From Chthoniobacterales bacterium (lineage in GTDB: Bacteria > Verrucomicrobiota > Verrucomicrobiia > Chthoniobacterales > UBA10450), in assembly GCA_035556975.1 (NCBI GenBank), contig DATMEN010000004.1, positions 239,988 to 303,987 on the forward strand: 64,000 nt of DNA, given 5' to 3'. Of the stretch, positions 47,119-55,575 are shown in pieces. The translations under genes were made by a program, and so were the position numbers. Under the pieces are notes generated by a model. That model was not told the origin of the DNA. It ran no database searches and saw only the letters and a program-made list of their open reading frames with translations. Within the stretch, counting starts at the first letter, position 1. The number at the start of each line of letters is the position of its first letter.

Positions 47119-48207
47119 CTACAATAAATCTCGCACGCAACTCATGGCGCGCAGATAAACGCGATGCGGGCCGCCACGCATCAATTCTTCGCTCATCAGC
47201 CGCACCGGATCGTTGCTGCCGGCCGGCATCAGACATTTTCGTTCCGAATTTGACCCTTCCACGGACACATCGAGCAGGTCCGCATTTGCCGAATGCGCCA
47301 CGTGAAATGCGGTGGACCCGCATTTCACTGCGCAGCGACTGATCGGTTCGCCGACTTTTTCGGTCAGCGAAACGCGAATCGCCTTTTCCGCCCGATCGCG
47401 AAAAGCCAGCGCGGCGTCTTTCGAGCTTTTTTCGAGTGTCCAATGAAGCTGCGCGGCCAGCCAGCCCGCCAGGAGCAACGCCGTCGAACGATATCCGGGC
47501 GCGAAATCGATCTCAACGCTTTCGATTTCCTCGAGGTCCTGATGCGACGCCGGATGATCGAAAAATTGCGCAAGCCCCAGCCGAAACTGCACCAGCCGGG
47601 TCCAGTTGAGATCGCAAAGCACGATGCGTTGTTTTGCATCCGCTTGAGCGGTTTCGACGCGTTGCATCTGCGTGCGGAAATCGCTCCAGGTCTGGCTGTC
47701 GTAGATCACGCGGTCCACCCAGGCCCAAAGCTGGGGGTCCATCGGTTCGTGAAATTCCCCCTGCCACCAAAGACATAACGGAAGATCGGAATCGAGATGG
47801 GAGAAGACAATGTTCGGCAGCAATCTCGCTGAAGGACCCTCCAGCAGGAAGGAAAGCTGTTCGGAGCAGATCTGCTTGCCGCCGGCGCGGCTGACGTGGC
47901 AATGCGCGCTGATCCAGGCCTCGACCCGGTTCTCTTTCGCGCCGGGGTTCGCGCCGATCACGATGGCACGGCAGGCGTGGTCTTCGGTGATCTTGAAAAT
48001 AATTTCTGTGTTCCGAGGGAGCGAACCGGGCGCTTCGCTGTAAACCGCGAGGTTCATGAGAGAGGCGCGCGTCATTGCGCTGCCGCTCTCAGCCCAAAGC
48101 TTTTTCAACTCGCGATCGATCTTCCCGATCTCGACCGGCAGGCCGGGGGAGATGGAGTGCTGGAGTGATGGAGTATCGGTCGTCGTCATCGTCATCGTCA
48201 TCGTCAT
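47119..48207 (-). CDS. opcA: Glucose-6-phosphate dehydrogenase assembly protein OpcA
   Basis: IGKIDRELKKLW...TRASLMNLAVY. It lies immediately downstream of zwf. The N-terminus MTMTMTMTTT is encoded by (ATGACG)4. Confidence 0.8.
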   Translation of the reverse strand: MTMTMTMTTTDTPSLQHSISPGLPVEIGKIDRELKKLWAESGSAMTRASLMNLAVYSEAPGSLPRNTEIIFKITEDHACRAIVIGANPGAKENRVEAWISAHCHVSRAGGKQICSEQLSFLLEGPSARLLPNIVFSHLDSDLPLCLWWQGEFHEPMDPQLWAWVDRVIYDSQTWSDFRTQMQRVETAQADAKQRIVLCDLNWTRLVQFRLGLAQFFDHPASHQDLEEIESVEIDFAPGYRSTALLLAGWLAAQLHWTLEKSSKDAALAFRDRAEKAIRVSLTEKVGEPISRCAVKCGSTAFHVAHSANADLLDVSVEGSNSERKCLMPAGSNDPVRLMSEELMRGGPHRVYLRAMSCVRDLL

Positions 48208-48240
48208 CGTCTTCCCATTACTCCATCACTCCACTACTCC
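48154..48240 (-). promoter_or_regulatory. HEX-F-type hairpin spanning the opcA translation start
   Basis: The 22-nt arms GGAGTGCTGGAGTGATGGAGTA (48154-48175) and TACTCCATCACTCCACTACTCC (48219-48240) are 20/22 complementary. The loop contains (CATCGT)4, which gives four in-frame ATGs. Confidence 0.6.
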
Positions 48241-48242
48241 AA

Positions 48243-49790
48243 TTAGAGCCTCCGCCAGGCGCGGCCATCGCGGGCCAGAAGCTCATCCGCTTCCTCCGGG
48301 CCCCACGAGCCAGCGGGATATTCGAACAGGCCCGGCTGATTCTCCTTCGCCACCCAAGCCTCTTCGATCGGGTCGATGAACGCCCACGCTTCCTCGACTT
48401 CGTCGCGGCGCGCGAAAAGCGTGGCGTCGCCGCTCATGGCATCGAGTAACAGCCGTTCGTAAGCTTCGGGACTCGCCTTGCCGAACGAGGTCCCGTAATG
48501 AAAATCCATCTTCACCGGTTCGATTCGGAACGTGGTGCCGGGCATTTTCGCCTGCATCCGCAGCGAAATTCCTTCATCCGGCTGGATCCGAATGACGAGG
48601 ACATTTTGGTCGAGCGAAACAGATTCCTTGTTGAACAAGACCGGCGGCGCCTTTTTGAAATGAACGGAAATTTCCGTGCCCGATTTCGGCAGCCGTTTGC
48701 CGACCCGGATGTAAATGGGCACGTCAGCCAAACGCCAATCATCGACCCGGACGCGCAGGGCGACGAAGGTCTCGGTCTTGGAATCCGGTTTGACGCCCTT
48801 TTCGCTCCGGTAACCGGGCACATCTTTTCCGTTAATCGCGCCCTCGGCGTACTGGCCGCGCACGACGTTTTCGGCGATCTCCTCATGCGTCATGCGCCGA
48901 AGCGATTTCACAATTTTGACCTTCTCACCCCGGATGCTGTCCGCTCCGAGATCCGTCGGTGGCTCCATCGCGACGAGACAAAGGAGCTGGAGCAAATGGT
49001 TCTGCACCATGTCGCGCAGGGCGCCTGCGCCCTCGTAGTAGCCAGCGCGCCCCTCCACGCCGAGCGTTTCCGCGGCGGTGATCTGAATGTGATCGACGTA
49101 GCGGCCGTTCCAGATCGGCTCGAAGATCGCGTTCGCGAACCGAAGCACGAGAATGTTCTGCGCGGTTTCTTTCCCGAGGAAGTGATCGATCCGGTAGGTT
49201 TGGTCCTCGGAAAAGGCCTGGCGTACAATCCGATTCAGCTCTTTCGCGGAATCGAGGTCGGTCCCGAACGGTTTCTCGACAATGACCCGCGCCCAGCTTC
49301 CTTCGCCCGCCTTGTTCAAGCCCGCTTCCTTCAGATTTTTCAGGATCGGCTCGAACTGGTCCGGCGCGACCGCGAGATAGAAGAGCCGGTTCCCGCCCGT
49401 GCCGCGTTCCTTATCAATCTTCTCGAGGCGCTCCACCAGACTCTTGTAGCCAGACGCATCGTGGAATTCGCTCTGGTGATAGAAAAGAGATTGGGCGAAG
49501 CCGTCCCAGATTTCGTCGCGCACCGTTTGCCGCGAGAACTTGCGCGTCGCCTCTTCCTGTTCCTTGCGAAATTGCTCGTCCGTCTTGGGCCGTCGCGCGA
49601 ATCCGACCACCGTCAAAGCCGGCGGCAATTCGCCATCGGCCGCGATATTGTAGAGGGCGGGAATCAATTTCCGCATCGTCAGGTCCCCGGTAGCCCCAAA
49701 GATCACCACGGTACACGCCTGTGGCACCGTCCGGGTCGCGAGCCCTTCACGGAGCGGATTGGTTTGCTGGGTTTCCGAAGTCTTGCTCAT
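48243..49790 (-). CDS. zwf: Glucose-6-phosphate 1-dehydrogenase
   Basis: VIFGATGDLTMRKL and RIDHFLGKE. Confidence 0.9.
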   Translation of the reverse strand: MSKTSETQQTNPLREGLATRTVPQACTVVIFGATGDLTMRKLIPALYNIAADGELPPALTVVGFARRPKTDEQFRKEQEEATRKFSRQTVRDEIWDGFAQSLFYHQSEFHDASGYKSLVERLEKIDKERGTGGNRLFYLAVAPDQFEPILKNLKEAGLNKAGEGSWARVIVEKPFGTDLDSAKELNRIVRQAFSEDQTYRIDHFLGKETAQNILVLRFANAIFEPIWNGRYVDHIQITAAETLGVEGRAGYYEGAGALRDMVQNHLLQLLCLVAMEPPTDLGADSIRGEKVKIVKSLRRMTHEEIAENVVRGQYAEGAINGKDVPGYRSEKGVKPDSKTETFVALRVRVDDWRLADVPIYIRVGKRLPKSGTEISVHFKKAPPVLFNKESVSLDQNVLVIRIQPDEGISLRMQAKMPGTTFRIEPVKMDFHYGTSFGKASPEAYERLLLDAMSGDATLFARRDEVEEAWAFIDPIEEAWVAKENQPGLFEYPAGSWGPEEADELLARDGRAWRRL

Positions 49791-49873
49791 CGCGCGAGGA
49801 GTGCTCTCAGGATTTAGGCAGATTCGCCCCGATTAGGTAAGAGGAAAATTTTGGAAAACGTTTCGGTCCCCGA

Positions 49874-50368
49874 TCACTGAATCCAGGGAGCAAGGATGAG
49901 AGACCACATTACAATGCCGATAACTAAGCAAACGATGTGTCCAGGAGACCACTCGTAGTAGGGTGGTCGAGCAACCGACGCTTCGTTGATAGCATTGATG
50001 TAATTTTGAACCGGCAGAAGAAAAGCAAACGAAGAGCAGGAAATAAGGATTCCAACTAGATTCGTGCCGGGTTCGGGGCCACGTGAAAGCGCTCTCCCCA
50101 GGAGATTTACGATAATCCAGCCAGCAGCGAGACTACCAGGTGAGAATGTGGCCTTCTGGATACGGTTCACGGCGTCATCGGTCTCTATTGTTTTGAGGAG
50201 TGAGTGGAAGAAGAAAAGACCGAAAATACCTCGCCAGAATGGTTGAATTGGGAGGCCGTCGCGCTCCTTAAGGTAGCGCCAGTTGCGGTAAATCCAGTAT
50301 GCGTCGTAAAGACCGAGCGAAACGACGCTCATGCAAATTAGGCGGTCAGTAGGGATGTAAAGGAACAT
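49874..50368 (-). CDS. DUF4234-like membrane protein
   Basis: SVVSLGLYDAYWIYRNWRYLKE plus 3-4 further hydrophobic helices. Lower-GC region. Confidence 0.55.
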   Translation of the reverse strand: MFLYIPTDRLICMSVVSLGLYDAYWIYRNWRYLKERDGLPIQPFWRGIFGLFFFHSLLKTIETDDAVNRIQKATFSPGSLAAGWIIVNLLGRALSRGPEPGTNLVGILISCSSFAFLLPVQNYINAINEASVARPPYYEWSPGHIVCLVIGIVMWSLILAPWIQ

Positions 50369-50464
50369 CGCACTCGACTTTGGGGGCGATGGAATTGAAA
50401 GAGGCTCTGCTTGTAGGGCCGGTTTGGTCGGCGTGGATACGTCAATAATTCGATGTAAGGGTAG

Positions 50465-50593
50465 TCAGAAGGGCAAACCTTCGTGCCATGCGGAATCGGT
50501 AAGAGCGATCATACCGGCGTTCAGCATGGACTGGATTTGCTCTTCGGAAAACGGGCCTATCTCTTTTCCGGATTTTACCAAGAAGATTCGCAT
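50465..50593 (-). CDS. Stand-alone GYF_2 (DUF4339)-like mini-protein (42 aa)
   Basis: Own translation: MRIFLVKSGKEIGPFSEEQIQSMLNAGMIALTDSAWHEGLPF*. It is below the ORF-track cutoff. Confidence 0.55.
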   Translation of the reverse strand: MRIFLVKSGKEIGPFSEEQIQSMLNAGMIALTDSAWHEGLPF

Positions 50594-50714
50594 CAATAAG
50601 TTGGGGTTAGGGAGAGGGACGTAGACACGCTAACAAGATCATTATGCCGACAAAAAAATCAGATATCGAAGTATTGCCCGACAAGAGCGGCAAATCTTCA
50701 AGACAAAACTGCCA

Positions 50715-51443
50715 ATGAAAGATCGACCACATCTTCTTTATCGCTACGTGAATACATCAACCGCTTGGAAATGTCTGAAGAACGCTTCTCTCGCCTTCAT
50801 CCCACCGACTCGATTCAATGACCCGTTCGACACCAATCCAGCGTTGGACTTCAGCTTCCGTGAAGAACAATTAAGGGCATTGGAAAAGGAATGCCCCCCT
50901 GGGATGACGTTCGATCGCGAGAGCATCAAAGGTGCAATGCTGGAGAGTCGCAAAGCGTTCATGGAAACGCAAATCGGTGCGGCCTGCTTCTCGTCGAAGG
51001 GTAATGATCCATTAATGTGGGCGCATTACGGCGATCGTCACAGGGGAGTAATGATCGGTTTTGATGCTACTCACTCCGAATTCTCCGGTGCCGAGCCGGT
51101 GAGCTATTCCAAAGATCGTCCTCGTGTCTATGTCGATGATCAGGAAGTCGGCAAAAAGCTGTTAGTGAAGAGCGGGATTTGGGAGGGGGAAGGTGAGTGG
51201 CGCATGATCGCCAATCTTTCGCAATGCGAAGTCAAAATAGTCAATGGTACTCCCGTTTACATCCAGCAATTGGAACGGAACTGTTTCGCTTCAATCACAT
51301 TTGGCTGCAAAGCGGAGGAAGCGTTCGTGGTGGCAATTTCGAATAGCTTACATCGATGGCAGTTAACGCATTGTGAAGTATGGAGGGTTCGGCTCTGTGA
51401 CGCGACTTACAATTTGATACAGGAACCGATCGACATCACGTAG
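50715..51443 (+). CDS. DUF2971 family protein
   Basis: LLYRYVN...LAFIPPTRFNDPFD, CFSSKGNDPLMWAHYGDRHRGVMIGFD, WEGEGEWR. Confidence 0.7.
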   Translation: MKDRPHLLYRYVNTSTAWKCLKNASLAFIPPTRFNDPFDTNPALDFSFREEQLRALEKECPPGMTFDRESIKGAMLESRKAFMETQIGAACFSSKGNDPLMWAHYGDRHRGVMIGFDATHSEFSGAEPVSYSKDRPRVYVDDQEVGKKLLVKSGIWEGEGEWRMIANLSQCEVKIVNGTPVYIQQLERNCFASITFGCKAEEAFVVAISNSLHRWQLTHCEVWRVRLCDATYNLIQEPIDIT

Positions 51444-51510
51444 CGGCTGGAGAGAGTTGATTGACACGCAGACGCTACGTCCACAGGGCGACGGCTACAG
51501 TTAGTAGAGG

Positions 51511-51530
51511 AGCGGGAAGCGGCTGGTCAG
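51511..51530. repeat. Direct repeat copy 1 (duplicate of the glyA 3' end)
   Basis: AGCGGGAAGCGGCTGGTCAG is identical to 53691-53710. On the minus strand it reads ...ELTSRFPLLY*, compared with the GlyA terminus ...[10 protein letters not shown]. Confidence 0.9.
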
Positions 51531-51541
51531 TTCGGATTGTG

Positions 51542-52946
51542 TCATTTCGCTTGGGAAGCGACAGCGGCATTCAAGAGCGCGTCGAGATCGGCGCGCTGCA
51601 ACAATCGCCCATCAAGGACGACCGCGCGGATACGCTGAGTGTGGCTGATGCGGGAAAGCGGATTGGCGTCGAGCAACAAAAGATCGGCGCGCTTACCCAC
51701 AGCGATCGAGCCGTTGCTGTCGCTCAGACCGAGAAACTCGGCCGGCCAGATGGTGGCGGCGCGAAGCGCGTCGACTGGACTCAATCCGGCTTCGACGAGC
51801 AGCTCCAGCTCCTTGTGCAAGGCGAATCCTGGATAGACGAGCGGCATGGGGGCATCCGTTCCGGCCAGAATGCGCACCCCGGCGGCATGCAGCGTCTTGA
51901 CGATTTGCCGGGAGATTTCCCAACGGCAGGCGCTCAGCTTCTTGCCCCCGGGCGGGTAATCGTTGAGTATCCGCTCCCATCGCGCCTGTTCGTCCGAGCG
52001 CAGGTAACGCCAGCGTGGGTCATCGCGAAAATTCGCCGGCGATCCGTGCGCTTCGAAATGCGACAGGACAAGTGTTGGCACCTGTACCTGGTTGGTCTTC
52101 ACGAGGGCGGCGGCGGTCCGATCACAAACTCGCTGGTCGAAACTTTCCAGCACCTCCGGCTCCTGCGCATCGCGAAGTTTGACGATCTCCTTGCCCTCCA
52201 GTCCCTTTCGAGCGCGGAGTAATTCTTTTTCCCTGGGGGGAGCATGCTTCGTAGATCTGGGTGAGATGTTCGTTGCTCCGTTGCCCGGCCGTCGCAGCGT
52301 CCAGCAGACTCACCTCGCCGGGAATGTGTCCGCAGACAGGCATGCGCTGCGCGCGCGCTTCTTCGAGGATCGTGCGCCACTGCGGCTCCCGCGCCTGCGA
52401 AAAGATTTTCAGAAAATCCACGCCGGCTGCTTTGGCTTCACGCACTTGCCGGCGCGTCTCCTCCACCGACTCCGCGCCCACGGACGCGCCTGCGGCCAGC
52501 ACGCGCGGAGCGACGAGTTCTCCTCGAGCAACCTGGGTGCGCCAACGGTCCACCACTGTCATCGCCGCGGGCTCTGTCAGCATCTCGCGGACGCCGGTGA
52601 CGCCATTGGCGACGAAGAGGGGGAAAGCCCACTCATTAGGCGGCCGGCGCGAAGCGTTGTTGAAAAGATGAACATGCATGTCCACCAGCCCTGGCATGAG
52701 ATAACGGTCGCGACCATCCACTCGCACAGCAGCTGACGGAATGTCCATCGTGTCCAGCTCGCCGATCGCCGTAATTTGTCCATCGACGATCAGCATAGTC
52801 CGGGGACTTACGATCTCGCCGCGGGCCACATCCACTACCGCGACTCTTTCGATCGCGATAGCGGGACGCCTGGGTGTTTCGCCTGAGTCCTGCGACAGGG
52901 GCGAGGTGCGGGGAACCCCATGCAGCAAATGTCGCAGCCGTCGCAA
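51542..52946 (-). pseudogene. Amidohydrolase family gene split by a frameshift
   Basis: ORF 52122..52946 carries LMPGLVDMHVHLF. ORF 51542..52153 carries ILAGTDAPMP...GKRADLLLLDANP. Removing one G from the G6 run at 52235-52240 joins them (…EACSPPREKELLRARKG…). Confidence 0.75.
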
Positions 52947-53003
52947 GCAGGGCGCTCGCGCGACCCATACGCGGAAGCCGCATCGAAACTTGCGCGGCTT
53001 CCT

Positions 53004-53456
53004 TCACTTATCGCGATCCAGAGACAGCAAGTGCTGCACATCCACCTGGTCCTGGCCGCGCTGAGTGCGCTTGCTCGTAATCAACGCTTTCAGGTCGAGA
53101 TACGGAATCTCCACATCCTGGATTGTGGCCTTCAACGCTGTGCCAACGGCGTCGGCATAACTGACCGTCCAGGCGCGCGTGCTGACATCGACTTCCACCT
53201 CATCGGCGATTTTTACGACGACGTTCTCGACAAGGTCTTGCGGCGTGAGTTCAGCAGCGGCCCGGTCCTCCAGCTCGGAAAGGGCGGCGATAATTCGCGC
53301 ATGATTCTCCAGATCCTCCGGGACCAGAATGTCCACATCAATGGTGGCGCGAACATAGCCGTGCAGCCAGCACGCGCGCGCGCCCACGACGAGATAACGG
53401 ACGTTATGTTGATTCAGAAGCGAGCAGACACGCAACAACGGCGCCTGTTCGCTCAT
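53004..53456 (-). CDS. Nucleotidyltransferase-fold protein (toxin/antitoxin-module-like)
   Basis: YLVVGARACWLHGYVRATIDVDILV (G...DxD minimal NTase motif), 150 aa. Confidence 0.55.
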   Translation of the reverse strand: MSEQAPLLRVCSLLNQHNVRYLVVGARACWLHGYVRATIDVDILVPEDLENHARIIAALSELEDRAAAELTPQDLVENVVVKIADEVEVDVSTRAWTVSYADAVGTALKATIQDVEIPYLDLKALITSKRTQRGQDQVDVQHLLSLDRDK

Positions 53457-53662
53457 CGCTGGCGCGCCGCACGCTGTCGGGCCAGAAGACGCTGGGCTTG
53501 AAAACGCTCCAATTCATCCCAGGTGCGCGCCTTGAAAACGAAACGTTCGCGTGGCGACGAACGCAGCGATTCTATTTCGCGATCCAGTGTCGCTCCCAAG
53601 TCATGAAATTCCGCCGGTGTTTGCGGCTGTTTGCGCTTGCCTACAGTTTTTAGCGCGTTCAT
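53453..53662 (-). CDS. Small basic protein, upstream partner of the NTase gene
   Basis: 69 aa. Its stop overlaps the NTase ATG (ATGA). No family recognised. Confidence 0.45.
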   Translation of the reverse strand: MNALKTVGKRKQPQTPAEFHDLGATLDREIESLRSSPRERFVFKARTWDELERFQAQRLLARQRAARQR

Positions 53663-53680
53663 TGCGACGATAAGACCTTG

Positions 53681-55489
53681 CTATGAGGGCAGCGGGAAGC
53701 GGCTGGTCAGGTCCCGCACTTTGGCGCGAATCTGTTCCAAGGCGGCGGCATCATCGCGACGGTTTAGGGCGTCGTTGATCAGGTCGGCGATCTCGAGCAT
53801 TTCTTCTTCTTTCATGCCGCGGGTGGTGACGGCAGGAGTGCCGATGCGGATGCCGCCGGGCTTGAAGATCGGGTAGGTGTCGAAGGGGATGCCGTTTTTG
53901 TTCACGGTGATGCCGGCGAGATCGAGGACTTCCTGCGCTATTTTTCCGTTGATGTCCTTCGGACGAAGATCGACCAGCATGAGATGGTTGTCGGTGCCGC
54001 CGGAGACGATGCGGTAACCGTGATTGGCCAGGCCGGCGGCGAGCGCCTTGGCATTCACTACGACCTGCCGCTGGTAATCGCGGAATTGCGGCTGGAGCGC
54101 TTCGTGAAAGCAAACGGCCTTGGCGGCGATGACATGCATGAGCGGGCCGCCCTGGACACCCGGGAACATGGTCGAGTCGATTTGTTTGGCGAATTGGGCC
54201 TGGCACATCACGATGCCGCCGCGTGGTCCGCGAAGACTCTTGTGGGTGGTGGTGGTGACGAATTGCGCGTGCGGGATCGGGGTTGGATGCTGGCCGCCGG
54301 CCACGAGCCCGGAAATGTGCGCCATGTCGATGAACAAAAGCGCGCCGACGGAATCGGCGATTTGGCGCATACGCGGGAAATCGATGATGCGCGGATAGGC
54401 TGAGGCCCCGGCGGTGATCATGGCCGGGCGAAACTCCTCGGCTTGTTTCTCCAAGGCGTCGTAATCGATCCGCTCCGTGTCCGCGCTGACGCCGTACTGC
54501 GAGACCTGGTAAAATTTGCCGGAAAAATTCGCGGGATGGCCGTGGGTGAGATGGCCTCCGTGCGCGAGGTTCATGGCGAGAATTTTGTCGCCGGGCTTTA
54601 GCATGGCGAAGTAAACGCCCATGTTCGCCTGCGCCCCGCTGTGCGGCTGGACGTTGACATGCTCGGCCCCGAAAATCTGCTTGGCGCGATCGATGGCCAG
54701 TCGCTCGACGGTATCGACGTGCTCGCAACCGCCATACCAGCGTTTCCCAGGGTAGCCTTCGGCGTACTTGTTTGTGAGCACGCTGCCCTGGGCTTCCATC
54801 ACGGCGCGGCTGGTGAAATTCTCCGATGCGATCAGCTCGATGTTCTCGCGCTGCCGGTTTTCTTCGGCGGTCACTGCCGCGAAAATCTCGGGATCGACTT
54901 TGTTCAGGCCACCGCCGGCCGGCGCGGTCGGAGTGGGGGAGGAACTGGAGCTCGTCGGAATGTCAGGCGGCTGGTCTGCCATGGTATAGGATGAACTTCC
55001 GCCGGCACGCGACTTCGCCGGCACCGCGAGTTCGCTCTGTTCTACGAATGCGAGCACGGTCGGTAAAGCGTTTTTAATCGTGGCGGCGCAAACGCTGTAA
55101 ACATCGCGGCTGCACCCGATCGGGTCGGGCACATCGCGCCAGACGGTCATGCCCGGCTCTTCAAATTCCCGGAGGAGATACGCCTTCTCCGCGCCGTGAG
55201 GGAAGAGCATGTGAATCGTGTCGAGATGGCCGCCCGTCATGGCGAAAATGTGCGTCGCGCGTTCGACCAGCGCCGCGGTCAGGGGCTGGCTGCGGATCGC
55301 CCGGATGTCCACCCCTTCCTGTTCGCAGACATGGACCGCGTGCATGCTCGGAGGCTGCCCGCGCACCGCGTGCACTCCGGCGGATGCGACCTCGATGTCC
55401 TTCCGATTGCCCAAAAGGCGGTGGAAAAGCCCTTCCGCCATCGGGCTCCGGCAAATATTTCCTGTACAGACGAAGAGGACGCTTTTCAC
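53681..55489 (-). CDS. glyA: Fusion ORF: low-molecular-weight protein phosphatase domain plus serine hydroxymethyltransferase
   Basis: N-terminus [20 protein letters not shown] (CX5R(S/T) P-loop) ...DVPDPIG, then an S/P-rich linker, then [28 protein letters not shown] ... [14 protein letters not shown] (SHMT PLP-Lys motif). There is no stop between the two parts. Confidence 0.8.
   Translation of the reverse strand: MKSVLFVCTGNICRSPMAEGLFHRLLGNRKDIEVASAGVHAVRGQPPSMHAVHVCEQEGVDIRAIRSQPLTAALVERATHIFAMTGGHLDTIHMLFPHGAEKAYLLREFEEPGMTVWRDVPDPIGCSRDVYSVCAATIKNALPTVLAFVEQSELAVPAKSRAGGSSSYTMADQPPDIPTSSSSSPTPTAPAGGGLNKVDPEIFAAVTAEENRQRENIELIASENFTSRAVMEAQGSVLTNKYAEGYPGKRWYGGCEHVDTVERLAIDRAKQIFGAEHVNVQPHSGAQANMGVYFAMLKPGDKILAMNLAHGGHLTHGHPANFSGKFYQVSQYGVSADTERIDYDALEKQAEEFRPAMITAGASAYPRIIDFPRMRQIADSVGALLFIDMAHISGLVAGGQHPTPIPHAQFVTTTTHKSLRGPRGGIVMCQAQFAKQIDSTMFPGVQGGPLMHVIAAKAVCFHEALQPQFRDYQRQVVVNAKALAAGLANHGYRIVSGGTDNHLMLVDLRPKDINGKIAQEVLDLAGITVNKNGIPFDTYPIFKPGGIRIGTPAVTTRGMKEEEMLEIADLINDALNRRDDAAALEQIRAKVRDLTSRFPLPS
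53691..53710. repeat. Direct repeat copy 2 (authentic glyA 3' end)
   Basis: AGCGGGAAGCGGCTGGTCAG, 2180 bp from copy 1. Confidence 0.9.
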
Positions 55490-55575
55490 GATGCAAAGCC
55501 GGCGCGCTGCCGACTTGGCAACGTAAAATCAAACCGAATCAAGTCAACGCGCACTCGCGCTTGAAGCGCGCCGAT

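Noticed and set aside
50644-50718. 24-codon upstream ORF (MPTKKSDIEVLPDKSGKSSRQNCQ*) whose TGA overlaps the DUF2971 ATG
   Set aside because: It is too short and featureless to support as a gene. It is noted only as a possible leader peptide.
49791-51510. Direct repeats or an integrase delimiting the 49.9-51.4-kb low-GC islet
   Set aside because: No convincing repeat was found between the left (49791-49873) and right (51444-51510) borders, and no recombinase gene is present. Only the compositional shift supports foreign origin.
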